Source: Kiritimatiellia bacterium (lineage in GTDB: Bacteria > Verrucomicrobiota > Kiritimatiellia > SLAD01). Taken from it: a DNA stretch of 30,447 nucleotides. Under the pieces are notes generated by a model. The model ran no database searches and had not been told where the DNA came from. It saw only the letters and a list, made by a program, of their open reading frames with translations. The translations under genes were made by a program, and so were the position numbers. Below, one piece after another: positions 8,685-19,656 of this stretch (its first letter is position 1; each line of letters starts with the position of its first letter). The stretch spans positions 1 to 30,447 of the forward strand of contig SLAD01000341.1 in assembly GCA_007126995.1 (NCBI GenBank), written 5' to 3'.

Positions 8685-9470
8685 ATGAATGATCAAACGA
8701 ATGAATTCCTGCACTATCTTGCTTGGAACACAGACGGTTCCAATCTCGGGCCGTTTCGCTTGTTGACTGATTCATTTGAGTCATGGGCCTATCCGGGGGA
8801 CCTCATGCGACAGGCCGAGCGATTGGCGCAGCGCCAACTCATTGAGCGCGATCCCAAGCATCCCCGCAAGCCTCGCTATCGGCTTACGCACGAGGGATTG
8901 CTCCACACCCTCGGTGGACATTATCCACCCGACCGGTGGGCGCGCAAGTGGGATGGTCAATGGCGCATGGTTGTATTCGATATATCGAAGGGACACAACA
9001 CGCTGCGGCAGGCTCTCTTGCGTTACCTGCGGCAGCGTGGCTTCGGCTGTCTGCAGGACAGCGTCTGGATAACGCCCGACCCGATGGACGAAGAGCGCCG
9101 ATTGCTTCGCCGCGAAATGACGAATGTGGAGCAATTGATCCTGCTCAACACCCAGCCCTGTGCAGGCGAGACGGATCAGCAATTGGTCGCCGGCGCCTGG
9201 AAGTTTAGTCGCATCCATACCCTCTATTCGAAGTACCTGGCCATCCTGAAGCGATGTCCGCAAACGCCTCTCACTACTCGGACCGCAGCGCGACGACTCA
9301 AGGAATGGGCCACAACGGAGCGCTGGGCTTGGCTGGAAGTCATCGAACTCGACCCTCTACTACCGGCGCCCTTGCTGCCACGCGGCTATATGGGCAAACG
9401 CGTATGGAATGAGCGCGCACGCGTGCTGTCGAAAGCGGCTCGCCTATTGACTACGTTTACGCAGGCCTGA
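8685..9470 (+). CDS. PaaX-family-like protein (short winged-helix, Cas2-like central domain, PaaX C-terminal domain)
   Basis: ATG 8685 preferred (261 aa). WDGQWRMVVFDI, LRQRGFGCLQDSVWITP, VAGAWKF and DPLLPAPLLPRGY match PaaX central and C-terminal signatures. No paa genes are in the window. Confidence 0.85.
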   Translation: MNDQTNEFLHYLAWNTDGSNLGPFRLLTDSFESWAYPGDLMRQAERLAQRQLIERDPKHPRKPRYRLTHEGLLHTLGGHYPPDRWARKWDGQWRMVVFDISKGHNTLRQALLRYLRQRGFGCLQDSVWITPDPMDEERRLLRREMTNVEQLILLNTQPCAGETDQQLVAGAWKFSRIHTLYSKYLAILKRCPQTPLTTRTAARRLKEWATTERWAWLEVIELDPLLPAPLLPRGYMGKRVWNERARVLSKAARLLTTFTQA

Positions 9471-9531
9471 ATTCTGTTTCGCCCCTCGAGCAGCTCTCCC
9501 ACCGCGCATCGCGTCCGCAAACACACACTCA

Positions 9532-9567
9532 GCCAAGTAGATGTCACACGTGTGACATCTACTTGGC
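9532..9567. repeat. 36-bp perfect palindrome containing copy 2 of the 18-bp palindrome
   Basis: GCCAAGTAG-ATGTCACACGTGTGACAT-CTACTTGGC equals its own reverse complement. The core at 9541-9558 is identical to 8643-8660. Confidence 0.98.
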
Positions 9568-9631
9568 CGACCAATGACATTTGGTTTATACATCAAGCTC
9601 GATCTCCGCCCCCGTTGCTTTGTGACACATT

Positions 9632-9680
9632 ATGATTGACTTTGATCATATTTAACCTAAACTCGATCATGTTCAATCAT
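9632..9680 (+). promoter_or_regulatory. Putative promoter (TTGACT-16-TAAACT) with phased ATCAT repeats, candidate DeoR operator
   Basis: TTGACT 9636-9641 and TAAACT 9658-9663. ATCAT at 9645, 9666 and 9676, plus inverted ATGAT at 9632. SD GAGAGG precedes ATG 9693. Confidence 0.55.
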
Positions 9681-9692
9681 TGAGAGGATCTT

Positions 9693-10466
9693 ATGATTTC
9701 ATCTAGAGAACTTGCGCCGGAGCGGCAAGGACGCGTTGCCACCTACATTCGGGATCGGGGAGCAGCCCGCATTGAGGAGCTGGTGAAGGTATTTGATGTC
9801 GCACCCGCAACCGTGCGACGCGACCTTGCGACACTGGAGGAGCAGGGCCGTATCCGGCGGGTGCATGGCGGCGCAGTGGCAACAGAGTCGCGCCTGGATG
9901 AACCACTCTTCGACGACAAGACCTCGATTGCCGCTCGCGAGAAACGCCGGATCGCAGAAAAGGCCCTGACCCTGATTGAATCGGGCGATACGGTCTATCT
10001 CGACGGCGGCAGCACCGTCCTCGAACTGGCCCGGCTCCTCACCAACCGCTCAGACGTGACGGTGGTCACCAACTCGCTGCGCGCCGCCATTGAACTCTCC
10101 GGTCGCGGGCCTCGCCTCATTTTCGTCGGCGGCGAGTTGCGCCGACTGAGCCAAACCACAGTCGGCACCCTGACACGCTTGCTGCTGGATCAAATCCACG
10201 TGGACAAGGCCTTCATGGGCACAATGGGGATCTCCCTGCCCGAGGGCATTACAACCACCGACCCGAACGAGGCCTACACCAAGGAACTGGTGCTGTCGCG
10301 GGCCGCACAGTCCATCCTGCTGGCTGACAGCAGCAAGGCCGGGAAAGTGACCTTCGCCCGGTCAGGCGACATACGACAAATCAATACCATCATCACGGAC
10401 AAGGATTTTCCCGCACACCTAGCCAAGACGCTCAAGAAGATGGGCACGGAATTGCTGCGGGTCTGA
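9693..10466 (+). CDS. DeoR/GlpR-family transcriptional regulator (copy 2)
   Basis: 257 aa with VAPATVRRDL, VHGGA, LDGGSTV, VVTNS and LADSSKAG. Confidence 0.95.
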   Translation: MISSRELAPERQGRVATYIRDRGAARIEELVKVFDVAPATVRRDLATLEEQGRIRRVHGGAVATESRLDEPLFDDKTSIAAREKRRIAEKALTLIESGDTVYLDGGSTVLELARLLTNRSDVTVVTNSLRAAIELSGRGPRLIFVGGELRRLSQTTVGTLTRLLLDQIHVDKAFMGTMGISLPEGITTTDPNEAYTKELVLSRAAQSILLADSSKAGKVTFARSGDIRQINTIITDKDFPAHLAKTLKKMGTELLRV

Positions 10467-10479
10467 AAGGATTACAAGC

Positions 10480-11817
10480 ATGGCCACACCAATCATTATG
10501 CCGCGCCAAGGACAGTCCGTTGAAAGCTGTATCCTGATTGAGTGGGCGGTGAAACCGGGCGACACCGTGAAATCCGGCGATATCGTCGCCAGCATTGAAA
10601 CGGACAAAGCGACCTTCGATGTGGAATCACCCGCCGATGGCACCATCATTGAGTTGTTCTTCGAGGAGGGCGCGGATGTGCCGGTGCTGACGCACATTGC
10701 TGCGGTGGGCGAACCGGGCGAAGACGTGTCCGCGCTACGACCAGACAATGCGGCGCAACAACCTGAATTCGCCGCTCAGAAGACAGAAACCGAAACCCAG
10801 CGCACGGAGCGCCAAGACCAACAAGAGACCGCGCAACCGGCAACCCCCACCCCACAACCTGCAACCCATGCCGCCTCTCCGCGTGCACGCAATCACGCCG
10901 AGCGCGCAGGCGTACAGATCCAAGGGCTGGTCGGCAGCGGGCCGCGCGGGCGCGTGATCGAACGCGATGTGATCGCAGCGACTTCCGAGCGTGCCCGCAT
11001 GAGTCCGGCCGCCAAAGCGGCGGCTCGGGACGGCCTCACAGCCCCACCATCCGGCAGCGGCCCCGGTGGCATGGTATTGACAGCCGACCTACGAGCGGCC
11101 TCCGCTGCTGAGGCGCCACGCGAGATTCCGGTCAAAGGTGTGCGCAAGATCATCGCCGAACGCATGATGAAGTCGCTCACCTCTACGGCACAATTGACGC
11201 TGAACCGCTCGTTCGACGCAACCGCGATCCAAGCCTTCCGCGCCAAGGTCAAGCAGCACGGCGAACACTTCGGCCTGAGCGCCCTGACCATCAACGATCT
11301 CATCGTCTTCGCAACGGTCCGCACACTGCTGCGTCACCCTGAATTGAATGCCCATTTCCTCGGCGATCACATCCTGCAATTCCCGTCCGTGAACATGGGC
11401 ATTGCCGTCGACACCCCGCGCGGATTGATGGTGCCGGTGGTGCAAAGCGCGGAGCAAATGAATGTCACCGAACTCGCCCGCGCAATCCGCCCGCTGGCGA
11501 AAGCTTGTCAGGAAGGCCATATCGATCCCGATCGACTCACTGGCGGCACCTTTACGATCACCAACCTCGGCGCACTCGGCATTGAAAGCTTCACACCCGT
11601 ACTGAATGCGCCGGAGGTAGCGATCCTCGGTGTCGGAGGACTCTACCTCAAGCCCATCAAGGGCGCGAATGGCGTCGAACATGTCGAGGCGATGAACTTG
11701 AGCCTGACCATCGATCATCAAGCTGTGGACGGCGCACCCGGCGCACGTTTCCTGCAAGATCTGGCGAACGCTCTGGAAAATATCGAACTGCTCTTAAGCG
11801 AAAGCGTGAACGCATGA
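10480..11817 (+). CDS. Dihydrolipoamide acyltransferase (E2) of a 2-oxoacid/acetoin dehydrogenase-type complex
   Basis: 445 aa. One lipoyl domain (IETDKA), P/A/T/Q-rich linker, subunit-binding repeats, GGTFTITNLG and catalytic TIDHQAVDG. Confidence 0.95.
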   Translation: MATPIIMPRQGQSVESCILIEWAVKPGDTVKSGDIVASIETDKATFDVESPADGTIIELFFEEGADVPVLTHIAAVGEPGEDVSALRPDNAAQQPEFAAQKTETETQRTERQDQQETAQPATPTPQPATHAASPRARNHAERAGVQIQGLVGSGPRGRVIERDVIAATSERARMSPAAKAAARDGLTAPPSGSGPGGMVLTADLRAASAAEAPREIPVKGVRKIIAERMMKSLTSTAQLTLNRSFDATAIQAFRAKVKQHGEHFGLSALTINDLIVFATVRTLLRHPELNAHFLGDHILQFPSVNMGIAVDTPRGLMVPVVQSAEQMNVTELARAIRPLAKACQEGHIDPDRLTGGTFTITNLGALGIESFTPVLNAPEVAILGVGGLYLKPIKGANGVEHVEAMNLSLTIDHQAVDGAPGARFLQDLANALENIELLLSESVNA

Positions 11818-13160
11818 AGGAATACGATTTCATTGTCATCGGCGGCGGCCCCGCCGGCTACATTGCGGCCGAACGAGCAGCCGAGCAAGGCCTGAAGACA
11901 CTGCTCGCCGAGCACCGCCACCTGGGTGGCGTATGCCTGAATGAAGGCTGCATTCCCTCTAAAACGCTGCTGCATAGCGCAAAGCTTTATCATTATGCCA
12001 CCCATTCCGCCGCCTACGGCGTATCGGCGGAGAATGTCAGCTTCGATTTCGGTCCCGTACAGGAACGCAAGAACCGGATCATCCAAACCATTCGCCAAGG
12101 CGTCGGCGGGCTGATGAAGAAGTACAAGGTGGACGTGATCAATGATCGCGCACAACTTTTGCCCGAAGACAGCGTGCAGATCGGTGACGACACTTTCAAA
12201 GCCAAACAGGTACTGATCGCCACGGGCTCGTCCCCCGCGCGCCCGCCGATCAAGGGCACTGATCTGCCGGGTGTGCTGGATTCGACCGGCATTCTGGCGT
12301 GCGACGCTGCACCGAAAAGCCTGGTCATCATCGGCGGCGGGATCATCGGTTGTGAATTTGCCTGCTTCTTTGGATCAATCGGCGTGCCCGTAACGGTAGT
12401 CGAAATGCTCCCGGAAATCTGTCCGTCGGTGGACCCGGGAATCGCCCGCCTGCTGCGAAAGGAACTGGAAAAGAAGAATGTCACGTTCCATCTCAATGCG
12501 CGCGTGGAGGAAATCACGGAGCAGGACGTGCGATTCGCGGTTAACGGCGAGATGAAAACGGTCGCACGCGATCTCGTCCTGCTTTCGACGGGTCGGACAC
12601 CCAACGTGGATGGACTCGGCCTGGAACATCGCCGCGTGGACTTTAGCCAGCGCGGCATTCGAGTAGACGATCGCTGCGCAACCAATGTGCCGGGCGTATG
12701 GGCCGCCGGCGATGTGACCGGACGCGTATGGCTCGCGCACGCAGCATCGCGAATGGGCGAAGTCGTCGTGAACAACATTACCGGACGACCGGACCACATG
12801 CGTTATCACGCTGTGCCCGGCGTGATCTATACCAACCCCGAAGTGGCCACCGTCGGCTGGACCGCCGACCAGGCGCGTGAGCAAGGATGGCCGGTGCGTA
12901 CGGCGAAGGTGCCGCTGACCATCAACGGACGTTATCTGGCCGAACACGAGGACGAGCGCGGCATCGCGAAGGTGGTGCTGCACGCCGAAACCAATGCGCT
13001 GCTGGGTGTACACATGATCGGCGCGGCCTGCTCGGAGATGATTTTCGGCGCGGCCACCATGATCGAGATGGAGGTGCGATCGCAGGAAATCGCCGATCTG
13101 GTGTTCCCCCACCCGACCGTATCGGAAGTTATACGCGATGCCGTACTGGCCGCGAAATGA
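11814..13160 (+). CDS. lpdA: Dihydrolipoamide dehydrogenase (E3)
   Basis: 448 aa with GGGPAG, redox GGVCLNEGCIPSK, GGGIIG, WAAGDV and C-terminal HPTVSE. ATGA overlap with E2. Confidence 0.95.
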   Translation: MKEYDFIVIGGGPAGYIAAERAAEQGLKTLLAEHRHLGGVCLNEGCIPSKTLLHSAKLYHYATHSAAYGVSAENVSFDFGPVQERKNRIIQTIRQGVGGLMKKYKVDVINDRAQLLPEDSVQIGDDTFKAKQVLIATGSSPARPPIKGTDLPGVLDSTGILACDAAPKSLVIIGGGIIGCEFACFFGSIGVPVTVVEMLPEICPSVDPGIARLLRKELEKKNVTFHLNARVEEITEQDVRFAVNGEMKTVARDLVLLSTGRTPNVDGLGLEHRRVDFSQRGIRVDDRCATNVPGVWAAGDVTGRVWLAHAASRMGEVVVNNITGRPDHMRYHAVPGVIYTNPEVATVGWTADQAREQGWPVRTAKVPLTINGRYLAEHEDERGIAKVVLHAETNALLGVHMIGAACSEMIFGAATMIEMEVRSQEIADLVFPHPTVSEVIRDAVLAAK

Positions 13161-13221
13161 TCGAACCCTGTTTGAAACAGATTATTGAGACCTTTAGACA
13201 GAAAGTGAGATGAACTGAGTC

Positions 13222-15672
<2,451 letters not shown>

Positions 15673-15713
15673 CCGCAGAACTCGATCAACCCCAAACCAA
15701 GAGGAGAACTGAC

Positions 15714-17480
15714 ATGAGCACATATCCAACCGTAGGCATTCGCCCCACGATTGACGGTCGTCTGGGCGGCGTCCGCGAATCGCTCGAAGCTCAAACCATG
15801 AAACTGGCGGGCGCGGCGGCAAAACTGATCGAAGGCACGCTGCGCCATCCCGATGGATCGCCGGTGCGATGCGTCATTGCAGAAACGTGCATCGGGGGCG
15901 TCGCAGAAGCGGCAGCCTGCGCGGACTTGTTCCGGCGCGAGAATGTCGGCGTCTCGCTCACCGTCACCCCGTGCTGGTGTTACGGGTCCGAAACGATGGA
16001 CATGGATCCCTTGATCCCCAAAGCCGTCTGGGGCTTTAACGGGACGGAGCGCCCGGGTGCCGTGTATCTAGCGGCAGTACTGGCAGGCCATGCGCAAAAG
16101 GGCTTTCCCGCTTTCGGCATTTACGGCCGCGACGTGCAGGACGCCGGCGACGCCAAAGTCCCTGCCGACGTGCGCGACAAGATTTTGCGCTTCGTGCGGG
16201 CCGGTTTGGCTGCGGCCACCATGCGGGGCCGCGCATATCTCGCCATGGGCGGCACGTCCATGGGCATCGCGGGATCGATCGTGGATCAGAACTTCTTTGA
16301 GGAGTATCTCGGCATGCGGGTCGAGTCGATCGACATGAGCGAGTTCATCCGACGAATCGAACGCGAAATTTATGATCCCGACGAATATGCACACGCCCTG
16401 AAATGGGTGAAGAAGAACTGCAAGGAGGGCAAGGACTACAACGAACCATCCAAGAAGCGCGCCCGCAAGGCACTGGATCGCGAGTGGGAAATCAGCGTGA
16501 AAATGGCGCTGATCGCGCGCGACCTGATGGTCGGCAATCCCAAGCTGGCGGAAATGGGCTATGGCGAAGAGGCGCATGGGCATCACGCCATCGCGTCGGG
16601 CTTCCAAGGCCAACGCCAATGGACCGATCACATGCCGAACGGGGACTTCATGGAGGCCATCCTCAACACGTCCTTCGACTGGAACGGCATACGCGCGCCC
16701 TACATCGTCGCGACGGAAAACGATGCGCTCAATGGGGCGTCGATGCTCTTCAACTATTTGCTGACCAACACCGCGCAAATTTTCGCGGACGTGCGGACCT
16801 ATTGGAGCCCGGCAGCCGTGAAAAAGGCGACCGGCTACAAGGTCACCGGTCGGGCCGGCGGCGGCTTCTTGCACCTGATCAATTCCGGCCCCGCGACGCT
16901 GGACGGCACGGGTCGTCAGCAGGTTAAAGGCAAGCCTGCCATGAAACCTTTCTGGGACATCACACAAAAGGAAGCCCAAGCGTGCTTGGATGCGACGACG
17001 TGGCATCCGTCCATGACGGAGTATTTCCCCGGTGGTGGCTGGTCCACGCGCTACGCGACGAAGGGCGGCATGCCGGTTACGATGTGCCGCATCAACCAAT
17101 TCAAGGGCTTGGGACCGGCGCTCCAGATCGCCGAAGGCTGGACGATCGATCTGCCCGCGAAAGTGCACAAGCAGCTCGACGAGCGCACCAACCCGACCTG
17201 GCCCACGACTTGGTTTGTGCCGAACCTTACCAAGTCGGGCGTGTTCCGTGATGTCTACTCCGTCATGAACGCCTGGGGCGCCAATCACGGCGCCATCAGC
17301 TACGGCCACATCGGCGGCGACCTGATTGCCTTGGCGGCGCTACTCCGGATCCCGGTGTACATGCATAACGTCGATGAGGAGGAGGTCTTCCGGCCCAACA
17401 TGTGGAATGGGTTCGGCACGGCGGATCGCGAGAGCGCCGATTTCCGCGCCTGCGCTACGCTGGGTCCGCTATACGGCTGA
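15714..17480 (+). CDS. fucI: L-fucose isomerase (L-fucose/D-arabinose isomerase)
   Basis: 588 aa, [34 protein letters not shown], and metal-ligand motifs [13 protein letters not shown] and WGANHG. Confidence 0.97.
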   Translation: MSTYPTVGIRPTIDGRLGGVRESLEAQTMKLAGAAAKLIEGTLRHPDGSPVRCVIAETCIGGVAEAAACADLFRRENVGVSLTVTPCWCYGSETMDMDPLIPKAVWGFNGTERPGAVYLAAVLAGHAQKGFPAFGIYGRDVQDAGDAKVPADVRDKILRFVRAGLAAATMRGRAYLAMGGTSMGIAGSIVDQNFFEEYLGMRVESIDMSEFIRRIEREIYDPDEYAHALKWVKKNCKEGKDYNEPSKKRARKALDREWEISVKMALIARDLMVGNPKLAEMGYGEEAHGHHAIASGFQGQRQWTDHMPNGDFMEAILNTSFDWNGIRAPYIVATENDALNGASMLFNYLLTNTAQIFADVRTYWSPAAVKKATGYKVTGRAGGGFLHLINSGPATLDGTGRQQVKGKPAMKPFWDITQKEAQACLDATTWHPSMTEYFPGGGWSTRYATKGGMPVTMCRINQFKGLGPALQIAEGWTIDLPAKVHKQLDERTNPTWPTTWFVPNLTKSGVFRDVYSVMNAWGANHGAISYGHIGGDLIALAALLRIPVYMHNVDEEEVFRPNMWNGFGTADRESADFRACATLGPLYG

Positions 17481-17499
17481 TCACATCACGGAGGGGCAG

Positions 17500-18402
17500 A
17501 TGAAGAAGCCATTACCAACGCACGAAACGACATCATACGGCGGCTGGCCGAATTGCGTCAGGATTTCCGACGGGAAGACGGAGGCCATTGTCACGACCGA
17601 CGTGGGTCCCCGGATTATCCGGTTCGCCCCGGTCGGCGGTGAAAATCAGCTTAAGGAGTTCCCGGAACAGCTCGGCCGCACCGGCGGCAAGGAATGGCGA
17701 ATCTATGGCGGCCACCGCCTGTGGGTGGCCCCGGAGGACGCGGACCGTTCGTATGTGCCGGACAACAAACCAGTGGAATGGTCCTGGCGCAACCCAACAC
17801 TGACACTAAAACAAGCGGCAGACGTGCTCTATGGCTTGGCCAAGGAAATGCGCCTGCGCTGGTTGGCGGATGGATCGTTGGAAGTCAAACATCGCTTGAT
17901 TAACCGGTCGCGGCGCAAAGTGGAATTAGCGCCTTGGGCCCTGACCGTCATGGCCCCGGGCGGCGAGGCCGTCATCCCGCAGGAACCCTACGCGCCGCAC
18001 CCCGAAGCGCTGGTCCCCGTTCGCCCGCTCGTCCTATGGGCGTATTCCAACATGAGCGATCCGCGCTGGACCTGGGGCGATCGCGAAATCCGGCTGCGAC
18101 AGGACCGGCGGCGCCGGGCCCCGCTCAAAGTCGGCCTGTTCAGTCGGCAAGGCTGGATGGCCTACGTGCGCGATGGCTATGCCTTCATCAAGAAACATCC
18201 CGTCGTTACCGGCAAACCGCACCCGGATTACGGCTGCAACGTGCAAACGTTTACCAATCAAGACATGCTTGAACTGGAAACGCTCGGCCCCTTGGTCACG
18301 TTAAAGCCGGGTGCCCGCGCGGAACTTATCGAACAATGGCAACTACACAAGGTGCGCGGAAATCCCGGACTGAAACAACTCGCTCGACTGGCCACAACCT
18401 GA
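17500..18402 (+). CDS. Uncharacterised galactose-mutarotase-like beta-sandwich protein (DUF4380-like)
   Basis: ATG 17500 behind SD GGAGG (300 aa). VGPRIIRF, YGGHRLWVAPE, WAYSNMSDPRW and MLELETLGP. Family assignment is from memory. Confidence 0.65.
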   Translation: MKKPLPTHETTSYGGWPNCVRISDGKTEAIVTTDVGPRIIRFAPVGGENQLKEFPEQLGRTGGKEWRIYGGHRLWVAPEDADRSYVPDNKPVEWSWRNPTLTLKQAADVLYGLAKEMRLRWLADGSLEVKHRLINRSRRKVELAPWALTVMAPGGEAVIPQEPYAPHPEALVPVRPLVLWAYSNMSDPRWTWGDREIRLRQDRRRRAPLKVGLFSRQGWMAYVRDGYAFIKKHPVVTGKPHPDYGCNVQTFTNQDMLELETLGPLVTLKPGARAELIEQWQLHKVRGNPGLKQLARLATT

Positions 18403-18631
18403 TGAGGTGGAGAAGAAACGCTCAGTACAGCGCACCGATTAATTCCGCAGCCGCCGCCGTTAGGGTGTGGATAACCGTGTCGCGCGAAGAGGATTCCACG
18501 TCCGAACGGACGCAGCCACACTGCTGATCAGACCAATTTGGAGCAAGCGAAGCGTATACAGCCAGCCCCCCATGCGCTATCCGCGGAATTAGCGTTAAGC
18601 TCCACTACGCCAAGCCCCCACGACTTGGTGT

Positions 18632-18660
18632 TTGCGCAAGACGCAGGGTTTGAGTACGTT
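18632..18660 (+). promoter_or_regulatory. Putative sigma70 promoter TTGCGC-17-TACGTT, near-leaderless
   Basis: -35 at 18632-18637 and -10 at 18655-18660, 8 nt before ATG 18669, with no SD. Same architecture as 24892-24920. Confidence 0.45.
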
Positions 18661-18668
18661 TAACGCCT

Positions 18669-19652
18669 ATGAGAATGCATGGGTTCCTATTTCTAGTGTT
18701 GTTCGGCCTCGCCAGCATCCGGGCGGAGGCGAATGAGTACATCCGCGTCGATGGTGTCGCGGCGATGGTGAACGAGCGGGTCATCACGTTCGGCGAATTG
18801 CGGTCCGCCCTTGAGCCGGTCGAGCGCCAACTGCGGCAGCAGTTGAGCGGCGCCGAGTTGATGAATCGCCTGGACGAGGCCTACGAGCGGGTCCTGCAAA
18901 ACGCCATTGAGCGGGCCTTGATGCTGGAGGAGTTCGCCAAACTGGGCGGCGAGATTCCGCGCCAGATTATTGATGAGCAGGTCCAAGTCGTGCTGGTGGA
19001 AGATTTTGACGGTGATCGCGGCATGCTCTTGCGCGCTCTGGCACAGGAAGGTTTAAGCATGGAGGAATGGCGTCGCCAACTGACCGAACAGGTTAAAATC
19101 ATGTCACTCCGCAGCGAAAAGGTGTTGCCCAATGTGGTCGTGTCGCCCCGCCAAATACGTGACGCCTACGAGGAGCGGTATGACGAATTCTATGTGGAGC
19201 CTGGCACCCACATCCGGATTATCACGCTGAACGTGATCGAAGAGACCGATTTGGACGAATTGCGTCGGCGTGCAGCATGGATCGCGAGCGAGATTCAGCA
19301 GCCGGAGGATTTTGCGGTGCTGGCACAACAGTATTCCGAGGACCGTTTCGGGCCCAACGGGGGGGACCGCGGGTGGATCAATCCGCAGCGCATGTTGCGG
19401 GCTGACCTGGCCAACGCGGCGGATGAGCTGGATCCGGGCGAAGTGAGCGACTGGATCGAAACCGATACCGCGTGGTATCTCGTATTCGTGGAAGATCGGC
19501 GCGAAGGCGGACTGCGCAGTTTCGAGGAGGTGCGTGACGAGTTGGCCCTCACCGTGCGCCGCGCCGAAGAGGAACGGATTTATCAGGCTTGGATTGATCG
19601 ACTGCGCGCTCGACATCACGTCGAGGTCTTTCATCTGGATGTAGCGCAATAA
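18669..19652 (+). CDS. surA: SurA-like periplasmic chaperone / parvulin peptidyl-prolyl isomerase
   Basis: 327 aa. Signal peptide, VAAMVNERVIT SurA N-domain start, rotamase motif FAVLAQQYSED...GGDRGW. Heads the conserved surA-pdxA-rsmA order. Confidence 0.85.
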   Translation: MRMHGFLFLVLFGLASIRAEANEYIRVDGVAAMVNERVITFGELRSALEPVERQLRQQLSGAELMNRLDEAYERVLQNAIERALMLEEFAKLGGEIPRQIIDEQVQVVLVEDFDGDRGMLLRALAQEGLSMEEWRRQLTEQVKIMSLRSEKVLPNVVVSPRQIRDAYEERYDEFYVEPGTHIRIITLNVIEETDLDELRRRAAWIASEIQQPEDFAVLAQQYSEDRFGPNGGDRGWINPQRMLRADLANAADELDPGEVSDWIETDTAWYLVFVEDRREGGLRSFEEVRDELALTVRRAEEERIYQAWIDRLRARHHVEVFHLDVAQ

Positions 19653-19656
19653 GTTC

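Noticed and set aside
8685-9470. Calling the gene paaX or cas2
   Set aside because: There is no paa or cas context and the protein is much longer than Cas2. Only family-level similarity is supported.
8643-9558. 18-bp repeat pair as a CRISPR array or CRP site
   Set aside because: There are only two copies, 898 bp apart and separated by a gene, with no spacers or cas1. The half-sites are arranged TCACA-CG-TGTGA, the reverse of the CRP TGTGA-N6-TCACA layout.
16068-17309. Long antisense or alternate-frame ORFs (also 2808-3584, 12014-12799, 12375-13112, 14086-14772, 20562-21314, 27508-28398)
   Set aside because: They are shadow ORFs of well-supported genes in GC-rich DNA, with no motifs and Arg/Ala/Gly-rich composition.
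18466-18474. Perfect DnaA box TGTGGATAA in the intergenic gap (oriC?)
   Set aside because: It is a single 9-mer with no box cluster or AT-rich unwinding element. One hit in 30 kb is compatible with chance.
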